A stretch of 63,007 bases of DNA, counting the filler, from Choristocarpus tenellus KU-1152 (taxonomy: Eukaryota > Protista > Phaeophyceae), in NCBI GenBank assembly GCA_964200185.2. It is 11 parts of 11 records of this genome, joined end to end, with 100 filler letters (N's around TTAATTAATTAA, not from the genome) between each part and the next. Parts side by side here need not be neighbours in the genome. Positions count along the whole stretch, not along the records: positions 1 to 8,377 come from CAXNAD020004790.1; positions 8,478 to 11,940 come from CAXNAD020019862.1; positions 12,041 to 15,243 come from CAXNAD020021575.1; 8 more parts are not named here. One strand, given 5' to 3'. Each line of letters starts with the position of its first letter. Position 1 is the first letter of the stretch. Of the stretch, positions 1 to 12,210 are shown in pieces. Under the pieces are notes generated by a model. It searched no databases. It was not told where the DNA came from and saw nothing but the letters and a program-made list of their open reading frames with translations. A program made the position numbers and the translations under genes.

Positions 1-470
1 GTGTTTGCATGACACCAGTCGCCCTCCGTGTGATACGTCGCGTCGCTTTGCTGTGTCGAGAGTTCAAGGCAATTGCATCCAGCGACATCCATCGCTTGTT
101 CACGAAGTTCGTCACTGAATACGCACTCATCCGCACACATTGTGTCGTAGATAATCTTTTCAGGGACTGGACCACTCCTCCCTGCCCGATCCAGGCGAAG
201 CTGGTCCATCATGACATAGCACGTTGAAGAGGCAACCTCCATTGTATGGCCATATGTGAGCTCAGCATCCCCAAATAGCCAAAAGTCAGATATCTCGCTG
301 GTGAGACTCCCTGCATACGGAGAATCATACCATTCGCTGTAAGTCGTCAGATTGCACTGGGAATAACCTCGACCGAAGCAATTGAGGATAGTGAGTGCAA
401 TAACAGATGCGATGAGAGACCCATCGCATATCTTCAATCCTCTATGCCAAAGATGACGGCATGATGCCAT
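1..470 (-). CDS. Cys-rich, probably secreted protein of unknown function, 5' part (runs off the window edge)
   Basis: Hand translation from ATG at 470 gives 156 codons with no stop: MASCRHLWHRGLKICDGSLIASVIALTILNCFGRGYSQCNLTTYSEWYDSPY...MCADECVFSDELREQAMDVAGCNCLELSTQQSDATYHTEGDWCHAN. Hydrophobic N-terminal segment; in-frame TAA upstream. Absent from the ORF track because it has no stop in the window. Confidence 0.8.
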   Translation of the reverse strand, partial: MASCRHLWHRGLKICDGSLIASVIALTILNCFGRGYSQCNLTTYSEWYDSPYAGSLTSEISDFWLFGDAELTYGHTMEVASSTCYVMMDQLRLDRAGRSGPVPEKIIYDTMCADECVFSDELREQAMDVAGCNCLELSTQQSDATYHTEGDWCHAN

Positions 471-634
471 TGAAGGTTCGGTTTCGACCCGACGTGTCAC
501 CACTCTTTTCAAATACCCACTATATTAGGATCTAACATTGTATTTTTGAAACGACACACTTGCCGTTTGCAACGGTTCCCAAAACAAACCTCTCTTCACA
601 CCCCTTCCAATTAGACCCACAATCTTTAGTCAAG
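471..634. promoter_or_regulatory. Putative bidirectional promoter between two divergent start codons
   Basis: Only 164 bp separate the ATG at 470 (-) from the ATG at 635 (+); the surrounding ~1.5 kb is CpG-rich relative to the downstream gene body. Confidence 0.55.
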
Positions 635-3600
635 ATGGACGTACCAAGTGAAGGCCGAAGGTATGGCGGAGAAGATGATATTGATGTGGACCGCTACTTC
701 TTGCCTGGAGGAATACTTGATCCGCCGTCCAAGGCCGAAGAAGAAATGATTGGTGGCTCGCTTCTTGATGAGATCGGAGGTGTCAGTGTGGGGGTAGGTG
801 AAATCCCACTTGTGGTATACATCTGGGCTCCATTTCACGAACATCCTTAGGATCAACCCTTGCGATGTCTCATTTAGGGGTAATAATTTTTGTCTTAGCT
901 CCTTCTGTGGTAGCAACGCGAATGTCACGCCGCTTCTCTAACCTCAACTTGATGCCTGCTGTCGTGTTTCACCACAAAGCTCGCTCCTGTGAAGCAGAGT
1001 ACAGTGAGTCGAATCGTAGGAACTGGTGATGGTGGTGGAGGAAGAGGAGGATCTACTGTAGGGGTGCCAAGTTTTGCTGGTAAAGGGAACAGGAAGCCAA
1101 GCAGCAACAGTGGAGAGGACTCTGTTGTAGAGAGCATGTGAGGTGGAATTGAAATCGATACATAGTTCATGTTCATAGATGTTTCATGGTAGAATAATAT
1201 AATCCCTTCTATATCTAGGGCATTGAAATAGGAGTGTGTTGAATGCTAACACTTGTTGTCTCTTGTTCCCTATAGTCGATTTACGCCATCGTGGATACTT
1301 CTTTGCACCCACCAGGCGACTTTCCGTGGAAGGGACTAACCCTATGGCGAAAGAGTTCACTCCCGCCGCTTCCTCTCCTATCCCACATCTCACGACAGCA
1401 GTATTGCCAGGTATTAAACACCAAGTTTTCTAACGAATTGGAGAAATGTCCGGCGATGGTTGCTATTGACAGATCGTTTACCGAGGTCTCATCGGACAGA
1501 ATTTCAAGAGTTGTGATGTGGTGTGCTATCCAGTGCGTGCTGGGGTGCTAGGTTCTGTGCGTGTTGTGCATGGCACCTGCATACCGTCTTTTAACCTTCC
1601 AGCAACCACATGTTGATTGTTAACGCAGGATGGAAAAATATAGGTAGTCCTAATACTGCCTCTCATGTGCATGGGCCGAGCTTTGAGGATTGGTAGGGTG
1701 ATTAATCTATTTTGGGTTGACGTTCCGGTTTATCGATTGGAGGTATCTTAAGGTTATGAAGCAATTTCATTTTGGTGGGTCAAAGCAGTGGAGTCCATAA
1801 CCATCTGTTTCTTCATGCTTTCCAAGACATGTAGTGACTAGTATTTCCATTTTTGAGATACATTGTATACCCCCATATTGACGAGTTTCGGAAGTAGTCG
1901 TATTGACACCCCCAGCATCTTAACGATACATCCTGTGCAGGATCTGCCACACCTCATGACACCCCGCATTCAGTGTTGGGCATGCCAGGCAGTGTGCCAG
2001 GAAGGGGATACTTGGAGGCCGTTGGTGTAGAATTCAACAAAACAGGGAAAGAGGTACGTTCAAATATCCCTATCATACACACTCTTCTGGTCTCTCCTTG
2101 GTGATGTGAAGTAAAGAGTTATGCAGACATTTCCTTTCCTCCATCTTGGTGGTTGTATATTGTAAACACAGTAGTGCTGTGGTATTGACAGTAAGTATAT
2201 GAATATGAAAGTTAATATTAATACTTTTTGCGGTTTTGAGGAGTGGGTTCCATTAGATAGACTCAAGGTTACTTGCATGACTGAGACTCCTATAAGCTTT
2301 GGGCTGCTGTGTTTAATCTGAGGTCAATGTCCTGCCCTTGTGTCCACACTAACAGGCCTACGGACATCAGGTTCACACACACCAGCGGTATCAGAGACAT
2401 GCGCCAAGACAGGTGCCAAGACAGGTGCCAAGACAGGTGCCAAGACAGGTGCCAAGACAGAGTCCCTTTCTTGCACAACAAGTGAGTGTCCCTTCTCTAC
2501 AACCTCTGATCCTTTGAAGTCATGGTAGGGTTCTGATATAAATACAGAAATATATATTGTTAGACACCCTAATTTTAATTAAGTCACTAGTACTATTATA
2601 TTATAGCTAGGGTTTGACACAGGTCGGTTCCCTATGAAATCAGTCACTAGATCACTATATCACTATGCCAAACTGTGTAAATGTTCATGGATTGAATATA
2701 AGCACTTTTTTGGTGCTGGAAGTCTTTGCTATGTTGGTCATGGAGACATGGAGATGGGTCAAGGTAATCCTGATATACCAATTGATATTGCTGGTTGGTT
2801 CCTTGAGGTGCTATATTTCTATATTTTATTATTATTTTCTTTGTATTTATATTATTTATTATTTTATCACCTATGCAACTTTTGTCGATGCTGTGCAGCA
2901 GCAAACTCCTGGGACAGGTAGACCTCATGTTGTTGGCCGTGGGAGGGCTTGGCGGCATGTTGTACAAGAACAGGAGGAGTTTGATCATTTGACAGGTGAC
3001 TCCTGTGACTCACGTTGTTGTGCTGTAGTATAGGTGTGCTAGTGGATTTCCATCTTACGACAGAGGCAAGGGAGTGAGTGGAGTGTAGTGGAGTGGAGGT
3101 TGCTTGTTGAGATGCGATCTATGTGTCTATTTCAAGATATCGTTCCTCGTGCACGGGTTTCTCTCTTGCAGGATGGTCCATGCCAACAACTGGTGCCCTT
3201 CCCCAAACCTCTGTTCCACCTACTGCAACTGGACATCCCTGTCCACAACACCACAGGAACACCCATGGGGTATGTGTTGACTACTATTATACAATACTAC
3301 ACTACTAATAGTCTAGTACAGTAATAGTACATATTTACAAACCTCAGCAACTATGTGAATGTACTGTTTATTCTCAAATACTCCTTTACCATAGCACTCT
3401 GTGTTAATTTATCTCTAATCTACTAATATCTAGGTCAGAGTGCCTTGGTGTGTTCTGTGGATAGAAATAGCATGTAAAAGTGACTAATAGTGAAATTTAT
3501 GGTGCCTTGAGCGCTCAGGGGCTCATTATGGATGTGCTGCACTGAAGTTGTGTGACCTATTTTACGTGTCATTTGTAAGTCATACATTTTTACCAAGATT

Positions 3601-6600
3601 CGAAACTGCCACCTTGGGAAGGTGAGTGTTAGGTGGTTTGACCACTGCCATAGAACATATTTTTATGCTATGTACTATGTCAAGGACAGGGACACAGAGG
3701 GGGACTGTGTATTTGGACACTTTCTCAAGACAATGACAAGATGTTAAGAACGTTGAAAATCTTCCTCATTCTGTGTGCCCTGTTCTATACCATGTGGTGC
3801 CTTGTGTCTTGTGTCTTGTGTCTTGTCTTTGGAGTCCATCAGTGGCAGTCTTAACTCAATTTAACTTTTTGACAAGAGTTTGCTTTTTTATTTCAAGTCT
3901 ACTGTGCAGTATGACAGTTTTATTTTTATTGTAATTATTTTTATTTGATGTTAGTTGCATTCTTATGATGTGTTTCTGTTGGTGTTATTTTTATTTTTTG
4001 ATACTATTATTATTATTGTTAGGGATAGTAACAATGTTCCAGTGCAATTTCATTTGTGAGGGCTGGTCCAGTGCAGGTAGCTCTGTTACCATCAAATGTG
4101 TGACTTGGATGTATTGGGATCTTTAATTGTCTTGAAAGTGTAAACGAAGATATATTGTTTTATTCATAGCGCTGAATGGTACATATGTAACAGTAACAAT
4201 TATAATCTCGATTAGCTGCTGTGGAAATTCTGTACTCCTGAAGCTGTAATGTGATTGTTACGTGGTACCAGTACTAGTACTATTTTCTATTTATAGTACT
4301 CTATTATACCACTAAAAGAAATACAAGTAACAGGGCAGCTATTGGATGAATATTCAAGTATTGGTAGTGCAGTATTATACTGCATGTGTTAACACTATTA
4401 TACTATCTATATTAACACCATCATACTGTATGTAGTAGTGTATTTATAAAAAATGCTCTGTGGTTTGTATGTACCAGGGATGGCATGGGTTGGTTCTGCG
4501 TGCAACCCTCTTAGAGACTTGTTCGGGTTAGGGTTAGACGTTGCCAACATGGTTGTGAAGTGGTTGCTGTTTGATTATTTTTTTATTTAGTGAGGGATGG
4601 CATGCAACTAAAGGGTTAGGGTGAAGTAACTCTTGGATGTCACACAGCAGGTGACTACTTCAGGGAAAAAAGAATTTCCTCCTGGTTTTTCTCCACATGT
4701 TCTACCTGTGCAAAGCAACATACGGACTCAGGCGCAAGCACAGAAGAGGCTTACAAATGTGACAGATCAAGGTCAAGATTGGAGTGTTAAAGCAGCTGGA
4801 ACAATCAGTAGCCATGGGTTCGTCTCAGGATCAGGTTGGGTTTGAGTTATTGTCTCTTTTTCCTTTTTTTACTGTCAAAATGGAAAAAAATATTACATAA
4901 TATATATAGTGTTTTGAAATATTGTGTGTGTGAAATCTCCATATGGTGGGGCAGGTGCATTGGACATCAACACTACTACAAGAATTGGTTGACAGTTCAT
5001 GCTAGTACATGCTAGTACAAGAATTTTGATATTGTTTTTTACAATTATGTGTTGTTGTATTACCTGAGAAGGATATCAAATCCTATTTAAAGGTTGTTAC
5101 ACTCTTCAAGTCTCATGTCTCATGTTGCTCTGTTATTTTTGCTGAATCTCCAGAGAGCTAGGGCGTCTGACTTTGGTTGTGTTTGCTCTTCTACCTTTGT
5201 GATACTTATGTGATTACTTTTATAATTTTATTTGCTGAAATGCACTCTTGTCACTCAATGCAGCATACAGTTTGGTGCCAAGGTGTGAGATGTGGGTTGT
5301 GAAAATGGTGTAAATGGTGTAGAAGCCATCTCGCACATCTATCCAAACTGTCAGTGACTGTCAGGACTGTTTCATCAACAGGTTGGGGTATGCATTTGTC
5401 TTTTGTTATTAGATTTATGACACCTGTTATTAGATCTATGATATTATTGTTTGATTGATGACATTTGTTATTTGATTTGTGACACCTGTTATTTGATCTA
5501 TGATATTATTGTTTGATCAATGACATTTGTTATATGATCTATGACATTTGTTGCACTAGCGCTCATATATATATATTAATGGATGCAAGGCATCTCATGA
5601 ATGCTTGATTTTTGTATTGTGGAATAAAGTTTTTTTTACATGATGTTTGAAGTGTAGTTGTTTGTTTGTGTTGGTTGTTTGCCGTAAACTTTTAGTACAT
5701 TTTTTTATACTTGAACATTCCCAACTTTGATGCTCCACTGGTTTGTGTTTTTTTATGTTTCTACTTTTGTTTGAGGAGGGGGAGGAGGGTTGATGTGTGT
5801 GTTGTATAGGTATAGGTATCCTATAATATAGCCTGTAAGATGTCTTGAAAATTGTTTCTTGCACGAGTGAGAAAGGAGTGTAGCCTTTATAGCCTGTTGT
5901 TATTCAAATTGGTTTGGGGGAGAAATTGTTTCATTAGTGACAAGAGAGACTGACAGCTATTTTGTGTTTTAGGTGTTGTATATTTGGTCTGACTGAAACT
6001 TGAATACTTGATAATAATTGATAACGCTTGGTAATGCTAATCATAATATTACGCTACATTCTCAGGTTCTGGGCCTGTCCCTAATCACCAGACAGGGCAC
6101 ACAGGACACAAGCAATCAGTTGCAAGTAGACAGACTTCAACACGACAAGTGGAACAAGGAGTGCTTAGCCTCAGAGGTTCAAGAACAAGAGCAATACCTC
6201 ACAACTTGAACAGTAAGGGTAAGGTGAGAAATCATAGTGGTGGACACAATGCACATCAGCTCCCAACCCAGAGATTCAAAGATGGCCCAGGACAGGGTAT
6301 TGAACAAGATGAGGACCATCATCCTGGGGTTGATGGACGTACTTTGGGGCAGGAGAAGAACACCACCAAGGACAAGGTCAGTCACATAGAAGAGCAAGAG
6401 TATGTTGATTCTTTCCATAATGCTAAGTAGGGATGAATTTTGTATCCATTACACCAAGGTTTATAAATACTATGTGATGTTACACTTCCTTAAGATGGAT
6501 CTCAAATCTGCATAGGTGTCCTCAAGGCTTGTCAATGAGAATGAGGAATCTAATATTGGATTCAAGCCATCTTCTGGAACAGCAACAGGAACAGGACGCT

Positions 6601-7685
6601 CAACTCTACTCGCCAATGATGCTAACAAGGAGGTTGGGATACAAAGACACCAAAATGAGGCAGTTACAGGTGTAATTGAGGTTGAGGACAGTCAGAGACC
6701 TAACAAGGAAGACAGAACACCAACAGCAGGTGATTGAGTACTCTTGGATTGATTCCAAATTGACTTGGACTGGATAAATTAAAGATAAATGAAAAGTAGT
6801 TGGAATTTTGGTGTGCTGTGATGGAGGGATTCTCCTCATATTGAAAAATACACCAGTTTTTGAATATCATTATATTTTGATATGATTTTGTTGTCAAGAA
6901 ATCAAGAATTTGGGGAGGTAGAGAAACAGAGTTCGTCTGTCATCTAAGTCATAAGCTGCTCACCCCCAATGGTTACAGCCCATGAGGGGGTATGCAACAT
7001 AACGTGTGCCTCCTAACATAACTGGACAACCTTTTCCTTCCTCATTGTGTTGTCAATTGAAAAATCAGTACCATGTGGCAAGCAAACCAGAGTGATTTTG
7101 TTTCTGAGCGACTATCCCTTCATGATTCGTTTGATTTGTGTCAAGTGCAATAACCTGATTTGTTTTGGTAAAGTGTCAATTTGTAGAGTGTCAATGTTTT
7201 GTCTTTTACTGACTGGAGGGCGAATTGAGTGAACTAACTTCTGTTAGACATACTTTAAGACATGCTTGTATTCAACTATTGACCACATGACTATTGACTA
7301 TTCAATGTATGAGATGTCACTGAAGTGTGCTTGATTGTGTTTCACATGGGAGCAAAGTAACTGGTGCTTGTTTGTTTGTGGTCAAGGTGCAACAGGTGGG
7401 TTAGGTTTGAAATAGTTTCTCTATGTGCTTGATATGTGTCAAGTCCTGACCATATCATTATTATTATTATTATTATTATATCTTATTTCTATTTGATGGT
7501 CTTTGAATGTTCTGCAAGGTGACTTGGTCATACCTGAGGGTCAGCATGAACAAGAAGTGGATATTGTGGATATTGTGGATATTGTGGAAACAAAAGCAAT
7601 ATGCCCAGTACAACCTCAAGATGAGGAGCAATCCAAGGATCCTTCCCAGGTTGAGTCTCATACCTGTGAACAGGTTACACACCAG
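635..7685 (+). CDS. Multi-exon gene, low-complexity/disordered protein with PAM2-like motif, 3' incomplete
   Basis: Phase-consistent GT-AG exon chain: 635-793, 980-1079, 1276-1410, 1941-2053, 2356-2481, 2899-2995, 3172-3269, 4651-4834, 6066-6376, 6516-6729, 7519-7649 (or 7685). Starts MDVPSEGRRYGGEDDIDVDRYFLPGGILD; contains TNPMAKEFTP and (VPRQ)n. Confidence 0.75.
2402..2460 (+). repeat. 12-bp coding tandem repeat (gtgccaagacag, ~5 copies, VPRQ)
   Basis: Directly visible; lies inside predicted exon 2356-2481. Confidence 0.9.
5404..5551. repeat. Intronic minisatellite, 18-23 bp subunits forming a ~62-bp higher-order unit
   Basis: tgttattagatttatgacacc / tgttattagatctatgatattat / tgtttgattgatgacatt repeated twice plus a partial copy. 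Confidence 0.8.
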
Positions 7686-8377
7686 GTGTGACAACGCAAT
7701 ATTTATTTTTCTTATAGAGGATATTGATGTTCATTATACTTACAAGAGAATATTGGGAGGCATAAACTATCCTCTCCAGATAACAAGATGGTGTCAATAG
7801 ATTAGTTCACTTTCAAGTGGGCTCTCTATGTCATTCTACCATTGTGAATGCTTGCCAAGGTGAAGGCATGCTACGTATTAATGATTAGTATTGATTATTA
7901 TTAAGAATGTTTTGAGTGGGAGGTGTTGTATGAGTAATGTCAGTCAAACAATAAATAAAGCACACAACATTTGCTGAGGTTTTTCTTGATGCACTTCTTG
8001 ATAGTCCTTCATTGATAGATAGATAGACATGGTCTTTATTGCAGACATTTACAGGGGAATGTAATTGAGTGTGATTGGTGTTGGACGATTTTGATAAGAG
8101 CAGTACCCTTACGCAATTGGATCCAAAAGGCATACAAGAATGGTGTTGTATGTGTTGGTGGCGTTTTTGATATGTTTTGTATGTTGATATTATTGCTTGT
8201 GGTTTGTTTGGTTGTTCCTAATGATTATAAATTTGAGGGATGATAAAATTCTTTTTTTTGTAATGAGTGAAATATATCCACGATCTCCAAAAACTTTGCC
8301 AAACAGCCCTTTTATCATGGTCTGTAATTGTTTTCTATCATCTTTATTACCTGGACTAAAAGAAGCTTTTACTATCC

Positions 8378-8477
8378 NNNNNNNNNNNNNNNNNNNNNNN
8401 NNNNNNNNNNNNNNNNNNNNNTTAATTAATTAANNNNNNNNNNNNNNNNNNNNNNNNNNNNNNNNNNNNNNNNNNNN
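8378..8477. other. Artificial contig spacer (N44-TTAATTAATTAA-N44); identical spacers at 11941-12040, 15244-15343, 21455-21554, 34767-34866, 41395-41494, 45465-45564, 49642-49741, 54141-54240, 60291-60390
   Basis: Ten identical 100-bp N blocks with a central 12-mer giving stops in all six frames. Confidence 0.99.
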
Positions 8478-10627
8478 CCGTGGCACTTTCCGCATCCTGG
8501 ACATCACTACAAATCGTGTCATTCAACGTGCCAACATACATCGGCACTCAACAAAGGATGACAGAGTTCGTTTTCCAACCTCTGATTTCGACCGGGATAA
8601 TGAAGGCTTGGATGACAACCCTGGATACATCCTTCCTCCCCATGCGCGACGAAGGGCTACTGACAATTTGGACGACACTCCTGGATACATCCTCCCTCCA
8701 CATGCTAGAAAACAGACTGGAGAAATCCAGAAGATGGGGAGTGAATGTGATAATAATGGGATCACCTGGATTGAAGGTGGACTAAGTGATGGTGAACTTG
8801 TGGAGGTGATTGTGGAAAGCATTTTTGATGACGAAAATGAAGGTGATGACAATGGGATGGATCAAACCCAGGACAATCAATGTGAAAGGGAACTACAACG
8901 ACTCAGCATTGGAAATGGTGAAGACAACATCCTACCCCATCACACCAGATCAGGCAATACTTCCACCAAAGCTGCTGTTTTTATTGTCCAATTTTTTATG
9001 ACTTGTTTGTCTGTTTCAATACAGACTACCCTTGTAATGTGTGCGAGTGATAATTATATCAGAGTGTTAGCTAGTAAGCTCCCCCCAGAACCTAAGACTG
9101 TAAGAGCAGCACGTAGCTCTCCCGAATGTGATTTATGGGATCGAGCTAGAGCTGAAGAGATGTCTGGTTTGTTGTTGGTTAAGGTTTGGGTAGAGGCTGT
9201 ATTACCCCCTGGACGCAGAGCTATAGACACGAAATGGATTCACAAGCGTAAGATCAACAAATTTGGTGAGGTAGTTACACACAAGGCGGGTTTGGTAGCA
9301 AAAGGTTTTTGACAGATTGAGGGTTTAGATTATCAAGATACCTTTGCACCAACACCTTCCCCTGCATCCTTGAGAATGGCAGCTGACAGAGATTGGGAAT
9401 TGAAACATTGGGACGTGAAACAGGCATTTATACAAGCTGACATCAGAGAAGAGATTTTTGTTCGTTTATGTGATGGATGTGGTGTATGGTCTGGAAAAAC
9501 TGTACGTTTGATAAAAGCACTTTATGGTACCAAACAGGCAAGCAGAGAGTTAAATAATCTGTTGGTGCATGTTTTGGAAAAGTGTGGTTTTGAGCAATGT
9601 AGAGCTGACCCTTGTGTGTTACGCTATGTAAGAGATGGCGTTGCCTGTGCTGTGATAGCCCCCCACATAGATGATCTATTGGTAGCTGGTAAAATTGATG
9701 TTTTGATTTGGGTTCGCTCTAGGATTAAAGAGCAGTTTTCCATAGAAGATTTTGGTGATCTTGAGTATTATATGGGTGGTGAGATTTCACGTGACAGAAC
9801 TGCACAGACTGTTACCATCAGTCAGACTAGGTACGTCAAGAGTGTTTGTCAAAGATTTGGTATGGATGGGGCAAAGAAGAGGTCGGTACCCCATGATCTC
9901 TCAAGGATTCTAGACAAGGGTGAGAATAATCCAAAAGAGTCGAAGTGTTGATGAAAGTACACCGTACAGAGAGGCAGTTGGTAGTTTTATATGGGCATCT
10001 GCTTTGACTAGGCTTGACATTGCAAATGCAGTTTGTGAAGTTGCCAAGTACGGTAGCAATCCCAAAGTCAATCATTGGTGTGCAGTGAAATGAATTTTAG
10101 CATATTTGAATATGTGTCCCAGTGTTGGATTGAGTTTTGGTGGTTTTGATACTGAGTGTGAGTTGAGTGCATATGCTGATGCTAGTTATGCTGGAGACTG
10201 GAATGATCATAGGTCAGTGACTGGAGAAGCAATTATGTTTGCAGGAGGAGCAATATCTTGGACGTCAAAAGTGCAAAGAGTTGTAGCTCTGTCTTCCACT
10301 GAGAGTGAATACATAGCACTTAGTAGTGTGGCAGAAGAATTACTTTTCTTAAGGAGTGTTTTTGAGTTTATTCAGCCACAGTTTCCTAGGCGTTGCATTG
10401 ATTTGTTTGAGGATAATGATGGCGCATGCAAACTTGTACGAAATGCCACAAGCTCTACTAGAACAAAGCACATAGATGTCCGACATCATTTTTTAAGGGG
10501 TTTGTCTAGAAAAGTAGAGATTCGTGTTGTTTTTGTTGGTACTGCAAACCAGAGGGCAGATGTCTTGACCAAGAATTTGCCAGTTCGAGGTTTTAGACAA
10601 CATGTGAAGTTTTTGATGAACATGTGA
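8478..10627 (+). mobile_element. Ty1/Copia LTR retrotransposon pol remnant (integrase C-terminal end, RT, RNase H), disrupted
   Basis: FRILDITTNRVIQRANI; EPKTV...TKWIHKRK...KAGLVAKGF*QIEGLDYQDTFAP; WDVKQAFIQ; KALYGTKQASR; HIDDLL; YADASYA...ALSSTESEY...TKHIDVRHHF...ADVLTK. Stops at 9310 and 10091; frameshift near 9930. Confidence 0.97.
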
Positions 10628-10690
10628 CACAATGTTTGTTTTTGATTTTTTTGTTTTATGATTGGTTGAGAGTTAATACTTGTTTTCAGC

Positions 10691-11268
10691 AAGGGGAGGA
10701 TGTCAAATAACCTAGTGTTATCCTTACGTTGTTTGTGCTGACACAAGTATACAACATAGGTTATACGTACGTTTATATTTGGTTAGGTATGATACAGAGT
10801 ACATACGTAAGATATATTAAGTCAACATTAATCCACACATCAGTGATGATAGATGGTTGACAGGCAATTAATAATTCAGTGTGTGCTTTACCATGTAATT
10901 CAACTGCTAGCTTCCGGCGACGAGCCTCATGTGTGTCAAGCTTCTCAACACAGATGAGGTATTGTCCGATAGGTTCAGCAGACCCAAGGCTCGAGGCTGT
11001 TAGACTTGGCAATGAGGAGGGTTTCATAGTAAGGCATTGGCCTCCTTTTTGAGGTCCTTATCAAATCCAGCTTGGTCTCCACGGTAACTGTGAGCTTCTA
11101 TTCTCCTAGCGTGTGAATCGAGGGATCCAATAGCAGGCTAACAGTCACACCTGTTCCTCATTTTGGTCCCAGATGTCACCTTTTTGGTTTGACCGGGATC
11201 ATCCCCACATAGCTTTGTGAGACCCATCAGAACGGGGGTGCTGTGGGAAATAGGTCTGCCTGTTGACA
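10691..11268 (+). mobile_element. Polypurine tract and 3' LTR of the Copia element
   Basis: PPT aaggggagga (10691-10700) immediately followed by TGTCAA at 10701; matching TTGACA ends at 11268 (an alternative end lies at 10862). Right boundary uncertain. Confidence 0.65.
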
Positions 11269-12040
11269 TGCCATTATTGTTGTATTCTATACACCGTCAT
11301 ACCGTTTGAGGTTCCTTGTCAGGAACACTGGATTCTAGTATTGTGGGGTCTTCTGCGAGACAAAGTCTGTGGAATCTCCGATATATTAGTCCCACACACA
11401 GGTAGGCTCTCTTCATTCAGAGCTATCAACAGTCAAGGGACTACCTTTGACGTCACCTCCTGTCGCTCTGACGATCCCCTCTCATCAGGTCCTCACTCTT
11501 TTCCATTCTCCACTTCTTGTCCTTGCCCAACTTTACCTCGTCCTCTCGATTACGGTTCATCTTGGTCTATTTGGTCGGTTTTCCCCCTTTATCCTCACCT
11601 CCCTTGTCTGAGTGGACCATACCATCGTAGAATAATATATTCACATACAAAACAGGGCCCTTGGGTTCAGAGTCGCTCATTGAAACTTAGAGTGATGATT
11701 CCTTTTTTGTTAAGCCTATTCAGATCTATCAGAGGAAAAAAAAAATGGAATTTTTCTCATGTGTAAGGTAGTTTGTGAGGCGAGGACCTTGTTCGGATAA
11801 GGCCCAGTCTGGCACCATGTCCTGCACGTGTATACACTCTACTAGCATTAAAAGACCGATAAAGGGGACCATATTGTCTTAGTGTATCTGCCACACCCTG
11901 TGTCGATGTGTGCGGATTGTTGTGTGGTGCATATAACAAGNNNNNNNNNNNNNNNNNNNNNNNNNNNNNNNNNNNNNNNNNNNNTTAATTAATTAANNNN
12001 NNNNNNNNNNNNNNNNNNNNNNNNNNNNNNNNNNNNNNNN

Positions 12041-12210
12041 GGGGGGGGGGGGGGGTGGAGGGCTACACCAGAGTGTCCATTTGTGTCAAAATCAGGAAAA
12101 GTGCATTTACATTATCCATCCAATGTATGCAACCAACTCACCCAAAAATCGCGATATGAAAATAATGGCCCCAAATGGATAGCCTCCACCCCCCCCAGAT
12201 ACTTTGAGCC
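12041..12210. mobile_element. MITE family A (~180 bp), left end truncated by contig edge
   Basis: Ends ...cccagatactttgagcc; internal sequence matches other A copies. Confidence 0.9.

Noticed and set aside
8378-8477. Recurrent TTAATTAATTAA palindrome between N runs, and ORFs ending XXXLIN
   Set aside because: Artificial six-frame-stop spacer, not biological.
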